From Chitinophagaceae bacterium (GTDB lineage: Bacteria > Bacteroidota > Bacteroidia > Chitinophagales > Chitinophagaceae): 64,000 nt of DNA. The stretch spans positions 11,829 to 75,828 of the forward strand of contig CANGWB010000005.1 in assembly GCA_947457465.1 (NCBI GenBank), written 5' to 3'. How positions within the stretch are numbered: position 1 is the stretch's first letter; each line of letters begins with the position of its first letter. The notes below the pieces were generated by a model, which searched no databases, had not been told where the DNA came from, and was given only the letters and a program-made list of their open reading frames with translations. The translations under genes were made by a program, and so were the position numbers. Shown piece after piece: positions 9,276-18,907 of the stretch.

Positions 9276-9530
9276 TCAGGCTTCTTGTGCACCTTCCAGC
9301 AAAACAGTGACGCGATTGTTCAGTACCTCTACAAATCCTCCCTGTACCTGATACGTGGCCAGTTCCTGTCCGGCGGCACGCAACACCTTTACCTTTCCGG
9401 CTTTCAGGGCACTGATCAGTGGAGCATGTCGGTCAAGCACTTCAAAGCTTCCACTGATACCCGGCATTTGTACGCCGTAGACGTCACCGCTGAACAGCTT
9501 TTTTTCCGGGGTCAGGATTTCAAGTGTCAT
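9276..9530 (-). CDS. atpC: F1 ATP synthase epsilon subunit (short form, 84 aa)
   Basis: MTLEILTPEKKLFSG...G.F.VL..HAPLISAL..G...V.GGFVEV.NN.VTVL; follows atpD. Start moved to ATG 9530. Confidence 0.93.
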   Translation of the reverse strand: MTLEILTPEKKLFSGDVYGVQMPGISGSFEVLDRHAPLISALKAGKVKVLRAAGQELATYQVQGGFVEVLNNRVTVLLEGAQEA

Positions 9531-9546
9531 ATCAGTTATTTGCGAA

Positions 9547-11082
<1,536 letters not shown>

Positions 11083-11090
11083 TCAGGCCG

Positions 11091-11098
11091 CAAAGGTA
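11091..11098 (-). promoter_or_regulatory. Bacteroidota primary-sigma -7 box for atpDC
   Basis: TACCTTTG on the minus strand, an exact TAnnTTTG match about 45 nt upstream of atpD. Confidence 0.65.
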
Positions 11099-11179
11099 AG
11101 GGACTGGCCGAGGAAATTAAAATCCGGAGGTGTCAAAATTGGAGCGGTGGAAAACTGCTGAATCTTCGTTACTTGCAGC

Positions 11180-12343
11180 ATGCACTTGATCGAGGTGAAT
11201 ACGCCCGCCCTGGCCCGGACTTTTTTAGAGATCAACCCCCTGATTCAGCAGTCCGACCCCCACTACATCCGCCCCCTGGACAAGGATGTGGCCGATGTTT
11301 TCGACCCTAAAAAAAATAAGGCCTTCCGGTTTGGAGAGGCCTCCCGTTGGGTCCTCTTCGATGCACAACACAAGCCCATCGGGCGAATCGCGGCATTCGT
11401 CAACAAAAAGTACAAGAACAAAGGGGATGATCTGCCTGTGGGCGGCATTGGTTTTTTTGATTGCATTCATGACCAGACGGCAGCCGACACCCTTTTTGAC
11501 GTCGCCAAGCATTGGCTCTTGCAAAAAGGCATGGAAGCCATGGACGGACCCATCAATTTCGGAGAACGAGACCGATGGTGGGGCCTGATCGTCGATGGGT
11601 TTCAATCGCCCCTCTATGGGATGAATTATAATCCGCCTTATTACCGGGAGCTGTTTGAACGCTATGGTTTCAAATGTTTTTATAACCAGATCTGTTTTGG
11701 TCTGGACCCCCGAAAGGAACTCAGCCAAAAGATCCTGGATCGTCATGCCGCAATCGCCGCGGATCCTGACTTTCATGCCGAACACCTTCGCAAACGGAAT
11801 TGGCAGAAATATGCGTTGGATTTCATGACGGTATACAATCGAGCCTGGGCCGGCCATGCCGGCATGAAGGAACTTCGTAAAGAACAGGTGATGAGCCTGT
11901 TCAAAAAAATGATGCCCGTGGTAGAGGAAAACATCGTTTGGTTTACCTACCACAAACAAGAACCCATCGCCCTTTTCATGAATCTCCCCGATTTAAATCA
12001 GTGGTTCAAACACTTGCACGGCAAATTCGGACTTTGGGAGAAACTCAAATTCCTCTGGATCAAACGAACCCGCCCGAATCCCCGTTTCACCGGAATCGCC
12101 TTCGGAGTGATCCCTGAGTTCCAAGGCAAGGGGGTCGATTCCTTCATGATCAACGAGGCGAAAAAACTGATCCAGCCATTGAATCGATACGAGTCCTATG
12201 AACTGCAATGGATCGGTGAATTCAACCCCAAAATGCTGAACGTGGCGCAGAGCCTTGGCGACACCTTCCCCTCCCGTAAACTGATCACCTATCGGTATCT
12301 TTTTGACCGCACGCGTCCATTCAAAACGCATCCGACCCTCTAA
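11180..12343 (+). CDS. Tandem-GNAT-fold acyltransferase, YghO / bacterial ceramide synthase-like family
   Basis: 387 aa; GRIAAFVN, GIGFFDC, DGPINFG...GLIVDGF, MNYNPPYY, FGVIPEFQGKGVD (GNAT motif A), WIGEFNPKM. Confidence 0.6.
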   Translation: MHLIEVNTPALARTFLEINPLIQQSDPHYIRPLDKDVADVFDPKKNKAFRFGEASRWVLFDAQHKPIGRIAAFVNKKYKNKGDDLPVGGIGFFDCIHDQTAADTLFDVAKHWLLQKGMEAMDGPINFGERDRWWGLIVDGFQSPLYGMNYNPPYYRELFERYGFKCFYNQICFGLDPRKELSQKILDRHAAIAADPDFHAEHLRKRNWQKYALDFMTVYNRAWAGHAGMKELRKEQVMSLFKKMMPVVEENIVWFTYHKQEPIALFMNLPDLNQWFKHLHGKFGLWEKLKFLWIKRTRPNPRFTGIAFGVIPEFQGKGVDSFMINEAKKLIQPLNRYESYELQWIGEFNPKMLNVAQSLGDTFPSRKLITYRYLFDRTRPFKTHPTL

Positions 12344-12400
12344 CCGCATGCAAGACAACAGAACCGCTATGGTTCGTTATCTTGCAGACACGAACGACTA

Positions 12401-14188
12401 ATGGATAAATTCATTGTTTCCGCCAGAAAGTATCGCCCACAGACCTTTGACTCGGTCGTGGGACAAGCCCATATCACGACCACTTTACGAAATGCCATCC
12501 GCCAGAAACACCTGGCACATGCATTTCTTTTCTGCGGACCAAGAGGGGTGGGCAAAACAACCTGCGCCCGGATCCTCGCAAAAACAATCAACTGCGAAAA
12601 AATAACCGCAGAGGGTGAAGCCTGTGATCAATGCACCAACTGTCGTTCCTTCAACGAAGGTAGCTCCCTGAATTATTTTGAATTGGATGCGGCTTCCAAT
12701 AATTCAGTCGACCAGATCCGTGACCTCACCGAGCAAGTTCGCTTCATGCCACAGGCAGGAACACATAAAGTTTATGTGATCGATGAGGTTCACATGTTAA
12801 GCACGGCCGCCTTCAACGCATTCCTGAAAACGTTAGAAGAACCCCCTCCCTACGCGATCTTCATTCTGGCGACTACCGAAAAACACAAAATATTACCGAC
12901 AATCCTGAGTCGTTGTCAGATCTTCGACTTCAAGCGTATCACGTTGCGCGACACGGTGGATCACCTGACCTCTATCTGTAAAAAAGAATCGATCCCAACG
13001 GAAGAGAACACGCTACAACTCATCGCACAGAAAAGTGAGGGATGCATGCGCGATGCCCTCAGTTTATTGGATAAGATCGTCAGCTTCAGTGGTGGCACCC
13101 TGAGCTATGCGCAAACACTTGAACACCTGAACATCCTGGACGCCGACTTGTATTTTCAACTACTTGAATTACTCAAGCAGCAACAGCTCAGCGAGTCTTT
13201 ACTCCTGTACGACGGCATTCATCAAAAAGGATTTGAAGGCGATCAATTCCTATCCGGATTCGCTGAATTTCTTCGCAATCTACTCGTCAGCCAGGATGAA
13301 AAAGCAGCCGGCCTACTCGATGTGGCAGAAGGATTCAAAGAGCGTTACCGTTTAGTAGCACCCACATTCTCTGCCGGATATTTGGTTAGCGCCCTCAACC
13401 TGATCAACCAGACCGAGGTTCAATACAGAACCGCACGTAACAAGCGACTTCAAGTGGAGTTGGCGCTGATCAAACTGGCCTATCTGCAGCAGGCACTGGA
13501 CCTTTCTGCAGGTGAGTCCGGATCAAAAAAAAAAATAACGGATAGTCCGCTGGCATTCAGGATCCGTCCCATCCGCAGTGTACGCAAACAATCGCCCCCG
13601 GCATCCCCACCCAGCAACTTACCGGAAGCAAAACTGATCATCGAAACCGGCAGCGAGCCCCCTCCAATATGGCAAAACCCGAGTTCGACGAAACCTGCTA
13701 CCCCACTACCCGCTACTGTAAGCACCCCTTCCCCCAAGTTAAGTGCACTGAGTAAAATACGTGGACAGTTCGCTCAAGCCAAACCTACATCTTCCGAAGA
13801 AAAAGTGATCGATCTCGAGATAGGCTCATTAATGGAGGCCTGGTCGGTTTACACGGAAGATTTGCGGGAGAAAAAGAATCCGGCCGTTCCTTCTTTTGAA
13901 CGGGCCCGACTGGAATGTGTCGGCTCCAATGAATTCAAGGTGATCAGCTTCAATAACATCGAGCAACGCTTCATCGAACAAGAAAGAAACCCGCTCTATG
14001 AATTCCTGGTAAGTCGACTTCGGATCCCCTCCATTCAATTTCAGGTTTTCGTGGGCGAACCCGATCCTGCCGAACAACAGAATATCCCGGTTACCCTCTC
14101 GAGCCGTGATCAATTCCAAGCCATGCTGGCACAATACCCACTGGTGGAGACGTTGAAGGAAAAGCTGGGACTGGACCTGGATTACTGA
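12401..14188 (+). CDS. dnaX: DNA polymerase III subunit gamma/tau
   Basis: ARKYRPQTF, GPRGVGKTT, zinc module C-C-C-C, ELDAASNNSVD, IDEVHML, LKTLEEPP, TILSRCQ.FDF, GCMRDALSLLD; Pro-rich linker then C-terminal domain. Confidence 0.97.
   Translation: MDKFIVSARKYRPQTFDSVVGQAHITTTLRNAIRQKHLAHAFLFCGPRGVGKTTCARILAKTINCEKITAEGEACDQCTNCRSFNEGSSLNYFELDAASNNSVDQIRDLTEQVRFMPQAGTHKVYVIDEVHMLSTAAFNAFLKTLEEPPPYAIFILATTEKHKILPTILSRCQIFDFKRITLRDTVDHLTSICKKESIPTEENTLQLIAQKSEGCMRDALSLLDKIVSFSGGTLSYAQTLEHLNILDADLYFQLLELLKQQQLSESLLLYDGIHQKGFEGDQFLSGFAEFLRNLLVSQDEKAAGLLDVAEGFKERYRLVAPTFSAGYLVSALNLINQTEVQYRTARNKRLQVELALIKLAYLQQALDLSAGESGSKKKITDSPLAFRIRPIRSVRKQSPPASPPSNLPEAKLIIETGSEPPPIWQNPSSTKPATPLPATVSTPSPKLSALSKIRGQFAQAKPTSSEEKVIDLEIGSLMEAWSVYTEDLREKKNPAVPSFERARLECVGSNEFKVISFNNIEQRFIEQERNPLYEFLVSRLRIPSIQFQVFVGEPDPAEQQNIPVTLSSRDQFQAMLAQYPLVETLKEKLGLDLDY
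13525..13535 (+). other. A11 homopolymer slippage/frameshift site in dnaX
   Basis: TCA AAA AAA AAA ATA ACG GAT AGT: with one A fewer the frame meets TAA at 13536-13538; with one A more it meets TAG at 13543-13545. Confidence 0.8.
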
Positions 14189-14245
14189 ATCACCCCTCCC
14201 TTATTCTGCTGTTTTACCTTAATTTCGGGCAAATTTTTTTGACCG

Positions 14246-15874
14246 ATGGCTGAGGTGATTTTGATGCCCCGTTTGAGCGATACGATGACCGAAGGTGTGA
14301 TTGCCGCCTGGCATAAAAATGTGGGCGATCCCGTTCGCAAAGGCGAATTACTGGCTGAAGTGGAAACAGATAAGGCCACCATGGAGCTGGAAAGCTACAA
14401 GGATGGCGTATTACTTCATATCGGCACTCAAAAAGGTGGTAAACTTCAGGTCAATGACCTGTTGGCGATCATCGGTCAGGCCGGAGAAGATATCAGTGCC
14501 TTGATCTCCGCCCCAAGCGAAGCTCCAACTCAAACTTCAACCCCAACACCTGCTCCGGCAACCGCAGCATCTACTCCTACTTCTAATCCAGCAACCGAAC
14601 CTACCGGTATCGATCTTTCAAAAGTGGAGGAAGTGGTATTGATGCCACGCCTCAGCGATACGATGGAATCTGGGGTGATCGCTGCCTGGCACAAAAAAGT
14701 CGGCGACCCTGTTCAAAAAGGAGAGATCCTAGCGGAGATCGAAACCGACAAAGCCACTATGGAGTTGGAGAGTTACAAAACTGGAACCCTCCTTCATATT
14801 GGCGCGCAGGCCGGAGAAAAGATCGATGTGAATGCCTTGCTCTGCATCATCGGTGATGCCGGGAAGGTAGATGTACCTGCGCTGGTACAAGCGGCTTCAT
14901 CAACACCCGCGCCATCGACTGCTGCTAAACCGGATACTGTTGCAGCCACTCCTGCACCCATTAATACGCCCGCTCCGGCACCGGTTGTTTCTGCACCTGC
15001 CATCAGTGTTTCGACCCAATCGGATGGACGGATCAAGGCATCCCCATTGGCTAAAAAAATCGCACAAGAGAAAGGACTTGATCTTCGCAGTCTGCAAGGC
15101 AGTGGTGACGGAGGACGCATCATCAAAGCGGATATCGATAATTACCAGCCGCAAACTGCTTCGCTGTCCACTGCGCCTGCGATGAACTTCACGGAAGGCC
15201 ATACGGATATTCCCAACTCGCAAATGCGCAATGTGATCGCTAAGCGATTGGGCGAAAGCTTATTCAGTGCCCCCCACTTTTATTTGACGATGGAGATCGG
15301 TATGGATAATGCCATGTCGGCTCGTACACAGCTGAACGAGGTGAGTCCGGTGAAAGTCAGCTTTAACGATATGGTTGTTAAAGCAGTGGCTTTATCCCTG
15401 AAAAAACATCCGGCCATCAATGCTTCCTGGATGGGAGACAAGATCCGTCGATACAGCCATGTACACATTGGAGTAGCTGTTGCGATCGAAGACGGACTCA
15501 TTGTTCCGGTGATTCGATTTGCTGATCAAAAAACATTGCCACAGATCGCCGCCGAGTCGAAAGAGCTTGCAGGTAAAGCCAAAGGCAAGAAACTTCAACC
15601 CAACGAATTCAGCGGAAACACCTTCACCATCTCCAACTTGGGAATGATGGACATTGAAGAGTTCACAGCCATCATCAATCCGCCTGATAGCTGCATCCTG
15701 GCAGTGGGCCGCATCAAAGAAGTGGTGGTCCGTCAGGGGAGCGGATTTGGCGTGACCAACGTGATGAAAGTGACCTTGAGTTGTGATCACCGCAGTGTGG
15801 ATGGTGCCACCGGTGCTGCTTTCTTACAGTCGGTCAAGAAATACCTGGAGAATCCGCTGCAGATGTTCCTCTAA
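14246..15874 (+). CDS. pdhC: Pyruvate dehydrogenase E2, dihydrolipoamide acetyltransferase with two lipoyl domains
   Basis: Two MPRLSDTM...EVETDKATME lipoyl domains, ASPLAKKIA..G.G.GGRI subunit-binding domain, PHFY, DHRSVDGA catalytic motif. Confidence 0.95.
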   Translation: MAEVILMPRLSDTMTEGVIAAWHKNVGDPVRKGELLAEVETDKATMELESYKDGVLLHIGTQKGGKLQVNDLLAIIGQAGEDISALISAPSEAPTQTSTPTPAPATAASTPTSNPATEPTGIDLSKVEEVVLMPRLSDTMESGVIAAWHKKVGDPVQKGEILAEIETDKATMELESYKTGTLLHIGAQAGEKIDVNALLCIIGDAGKVDVPALVQAASSTPAPSTAAKPDTVAATPAPINTPAPAPVVSAPAISVSTQSDGRIKASPLAKKIAQEKGLDLRSLQGSGDGGRIIKADIDNYQPQTASLSTAPAMNFTEGHTDIPNSQMRNVIAKRLGESLFSAPHFYLTMEIGMDNAMSARTQLNEVSPVKVSFNDMVVKAVALSLKKHPAINASWMGDKIRRYSHVHIGVAVAIEDGLIVPVIRFADQKTLPQIAAESKELAGKAKGKKLQPNEFSGNTFTISNLGMMDIEEFTAIINPPDSCILAVGRIKEVVVRQGSGFGVTNVMKVTLSCDHRSVDGATGAAFLQSVKKYLENPLQMFL

Positions 15875-15875
15875 G

Positions 15876-17726
15876 TCAGTAGATGCCTTTGTAACGCAAT
15901 CGTACCACTCGGCCGTCCATTGTTGATGCCAATAATTCTTTGTCGTTGATCACCCGAACCGTATTCACCATCGAGTTGTCGATCTTATAGGACCATTTCA
16001 CGAATTGTTTTTTCGGATCCACGGCATACACAACACCATTACGGGTTCCAAAAAATACCATACCGTCTCGCTCTACCAACATAGAAGGAACATGGTCGTA
16101 GCCATAGCCAACATTCATTTTCCATAATACCTCCGGCCGATCGGCACGTGCTGCGTAGGCAACCAGGCTGTCCTGCATACTTTTTCCATAGATCATGGTT
16201 GCATCGTTTGAGAGACCGATCGATTCACGTAGGCCGCCATTTTTAGTGCGCCAAAGCGTACTGCCATCTCGAAGGCTGATCGCAGACAAGTATCTGTCCG
16301 GGGCCACCACAAACACCACGGAATCTTTTATCAGCGGCGTACAGGAAGCCGGAGAAAAGTTCCGAACAGATGACCCATTGCTCCACTTCCATTTCAGTTG
16401 GCCGGTTCGGGTATCGACTGCATAGAGGTGGCGATCCCAGGCCCCCAGGATCAGCTTTCCCTCAGCGATCACAGGGGTGCTGACAACCGGACCTTCCAGT
16501 CCTTTATAGGTCCATATCCGATCGCCGTTTTTCAAGTTCAGCGCATAGATCTCGCCGGCACTACCACCAATGAAAATAGTATCCCCTTTTATGAGCGGAC
16601 AGCCCAAAACAGCTGCCGGTGTTTTTTTCTTCCAAAACAATTTTCCGGATCGCCCATCCAAACAATGTATCTCACCATCCGCAGATCCAAACACAATACG
16701 CTTGCCACTTGCGGCAGCGGAGGAAAAGATAGCACCTGCGGCGGAATAGGTCCATTGGCGAGCACCTGTTTTCGAATCATACGCAATAAATTCACCCACA
16801 TGATTACCGATCATCACAGACCGCTTTGTATACAGCGGGCTGGAAAGAACATTGGCTGAAGAAGAAACTGTCCAAGCAGCTGAAACCTCAGGATACTTAG
16901 CATTAATCGAATAATCCGGTCTGCGAACCGACTGTTCGGGTACTCGAACGCCCGCTTTGACAGCTGCCCAACGCCTGGTGGTTGCTTCCAGTGGTTTTCG
17001 TTCCTGAAAGAAGATGCTGTCGCGGCGTACTTCTACCCAATTGTATCCTCCGCCGGGTGCTTTTGCTCGAAGATTGGATCTACCCATTACACCTGGTATT
17101 CCTTCAAAATCAAATTGCTTATTGGCATGACCATGCCCGCAAATGGCGACCATGGTATTGCGAGTCCGGAGACGATCCGTAGCCTCATACCAATTATCGA
17201 GGCTACTATCAATGGGATAATGATTCACAAATACGATAGGCGCTTGTGGATCGATAGCAGAAAGTTCTTTGTCCAGCCAGTTCACCGCATCTCGTGGAAT
17301 ATGACCATCACTCATGCGAACATAGGGCCCGGATGCACATCCGATAAAATGTATCCCCTTGTGTTCAAAGTGAAATTTATCGGATCCGAATATTCGGATG
17401 AATGATTGTCCGCCTGATTCACTCCAACCGGTATCGTGATTGCCCGGTATCGGGTACCAGGGGATCTTTAATTGATCAAGTATCGACTTAGCTAAACGGA
17501 TCTCCTCATCTTTGCCCATTTCAGTGATGTCACCAGTGACCAGCACAAAGTCTAAATCGGTTTGTAGATTTATATCGTTGACCGTTCGTCGAAGATCCTC
17601 CTCCGGAGAGCCGTTGGGAGAACCTATGTGTGTATCAGTGACAAAAGCAAAACGAAATGAGGCTGGCTGAGCTATTGATAATAAAGAATTGGTCAACAGG
17701 CTGAGCAGAAGAAGTATACGTTGCAT
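15876..17726 (-). CDS. Secreted calcineurin-like metallophosphoesterase fused to a PQQ/BamB-like beta-propeller
   Basis: Signal peptide; DTH, GDITE, GNHD, HYP, GHGH phosphoesterase motifs; repeated 'G...W......' propeller blades in the C-terminal half. Confidence 0.85.
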   Translation of the reverse strand: MQRILLLLSLLTNSLLSIAQPASFRFAFVTDTHIGSPNGSPEEDLRRTVNDINLQTDLDFVLVTGDITEMGKDEEIRLAKSILDQLKIPWYPIPGNHDTGWSESGGQSFIRIFGSDKFHFEHKGIHFIGCASGPYVRMSDGHIPRDAVNWLDKELSAIDPQAPIVFVNHYPIDSSLDNWYEATDRLRTRNTMVAICGHGHANKQFDFEGIPGVMGRSNLRAKAPGGGYNWVEVRRDSIFFQERKPLEATTRRWAAVKAGVRVPEQSVRRPDYSINAKYPEVSAAWTVSSSANVLSSPLYTKRSVMIGNHVGEFIAYDSKTGARQWTYSAAGAIFSSAAASGKRIVFGSADGEIHCLDGRSGKLFWKKKTPAAVLGCPLIKGDTIFIGGSAGEIYALNLKNGDRIWTYKGLEGPVVSTPVIAEGKLILGAWDRHLYAVDTRTGQLKWKWSNGSSVRNFSPASCTPLIKDSVVFVVAPDRYLSAISLRDGSTLWRTKNGGLRESIGLSNDATMIYGKSMQDSLVAYAARADRPEVLWKMNVGYGYDHVPSMLVERDGMVFFGTRNGVVYAVDPKKQFVKWSYKIDNSMVNTVRVINDKELLASTMDGRVVRLRYKGIY

Positions 17727-17763
17727 ATACACAATTTACAGCATTGCTGAGTACCTTGCGGGG

Positions 17764-18141
17764 GTGGATTCGAAACAACGACATACCCTGATCCTCGGCG
17801 CCTCCCCAAACCCGGAGCGATATAGTTTTATCGCATTGCAAATGCTTAAGCAAGCCGGCATATCTATATCCGCTATTGGAGCCCGTCCTGCGATAGTGGA
17901 GGATATTCAGATACACACAGGCTGGGATCAACTTTCTGATGACCGGATCGATACGATCACCTTATATATAGGAGCTGATCGACAAAAAGATCAGTACCAT
18001 AATATATTATCTGCTAAACCCCGGCGCATCATATTTAATCCGGGTACTGAAAACGCCGAACTCGAACAACTTGCACAGTCAGCCGGCATTGAGACCTTAC
18101 AGTCCTGTACGCTGGTAATGCTAAGGACAAACCTTTATTGA
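17764..18141 (+). CDS. CoA-binding protein (YccU-like)
   Basis: LILGASPNPERYS...IDTITLY...PRRIIFNPGTEN...CTLVML; GTG 17764 lies 4 nt after TACCTTGC. Confidence 0.88.
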   Translation: MDSKQRHTLILGASPNPERYSFIALQMLKQAGISISAIGARPAIVEDIQIHTGWDQLSDDRIDTITLYIGADRQKDQYHNILSAKPRRIIFNPGTENAELEQLAQSAGIETLQSCTLVMLRTNLY

Positions 18142-18146
18142 TACGG

Positions 18147-18180
18147 AATTCTACGATTCGCAGTAGAAATCCTACGATTC
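18147..18180 (+). repeat. 13-bp imperfect direct repeat at 21-bp period (possible regulator site)
   Basis: AATTCTACGATTC 18147-18159 and AATCCTACGATTC 18168-18180. Confidence 0.6.
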
Positions 18181-18189
18181 CAAAACATG

Positions 18190-18220
18190 AAAATGCCCTC
18201 ACTGAGGGTATTTTCTCTTT
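18190..18220 (+). terminator. Intrinsic terminator after the CoA-binding protein gene
   Basis: AAAATGCCCTC-ACT-GAGGGTATTTT followed by CTCTTT. Confidence 0.7.
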
Positions 18221-18344
18221 GTATTCTTTGGCATAGGGCCTTCGACCGAGTCATCTTTGGCTTGTCCTTTTCGAGAAACCAAAAGCAGTACGGAAACGAA
18301 CTGCGACCATCCATCCAATATCGATTAACTCTAAAAAGTTAATT

Positions 18345-18815
18345 ATGAAAACCAATCAGATCCTCGTCCTCGGCCTCTTATTACTGGCCACCGCGTTCAA
18401 TGCAAACGCACAGGATCCCACCATTCCCCTCAACGAGCCCAACTACAACAAGCCTCGGATTTTCAACACGATGCCTGACCGCATTGAGATTACGCCGGAG
18501 AAGTTGAACCAGTTGATCGCCACCCCGAATGGCCAGGCAACCAATATTCCTTTCAATGCCCAGGCAGGTGAGATCGATGGAGATGTGATCAGCGCCGTGA
18601 GCAAATACAACAATACCATCCAGAGTGTAGTGATCCGCTGTGCTGATTTCGATGGAGCTCGTCTGACGCTCAGTAAGGTTAATATGCCCGATGGCACAAC
18701 CAAGTATACCGGTCGTATCATCAGCATTCGCCACGGTGACCTGTACCAACTCATCCTGGAAGATACCGGATGGGTGCTTGTCAAGAAAAATTTCTACGAC
18801 CTCATTAACGAATAA
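18345..18815 (+). CDS. Secreted hypothetical protein resembling a stand-alone metalloprotease pro-domain
   Basis: 156 aa with Sec signal (…NANA|Q); beta-rich C-terminal half YTGRIISIRHGDLYQL...WVLVKK; no catalytic motif and no CTD. Confidence 0.7.
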   Translation: MKTNQILVLGLLLLATAFNANAQDPTIPLNEPNYNKPRIFNTMPDRIEITPEKLNQLIATPNGQATNIPFNAQAGEIDGDVISAVSKYNNTIQSVVIRCADFDGARLTLSKVNMPDGTTKYTGRIISIRHGDLYQLILEDTGWVLVKKNFYDLINE

Positions 18816-18907
18816 CCCCCTACGCGAAAACTAACTAGAGCCTGTTTCTAGTCCTACCCTTTGTTTTTGATCCGTGCACTTCTTTTACCATCCAGAAAAA
18901 CCCGATC

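Noticed and set aside
11225-11959. Long antisense ORFs (also 29693-30340, 43982-44680, 52226-52873, 60199-60888, 61422-62042)
   Set aside because: They lie fully opposite well-conserved genes, show no recognisable motifs, and are expected codon-bias shadow frames.
14246-14860. Internal duplication of about 250 bp in pdhC
   Set aside because: It encodes the two standard lipoyl domains.
18285-18304. GCAGT-A-CG-GAAA-CG-A-ACTGC hairpin as part of a c-di-GMP-I riboswitch
   Set aside because: The other conserved aptamer elements (GGCAAAC junction, tetraloop receptor, P1) are not recognisable.
18324-18343. ATTAACT-N6-AGTTAAT inverted repeat just before ATG 18345
   Set aside because: Short and AT-only in an AT-rich leader; not distinguishable from chance without conservation data.
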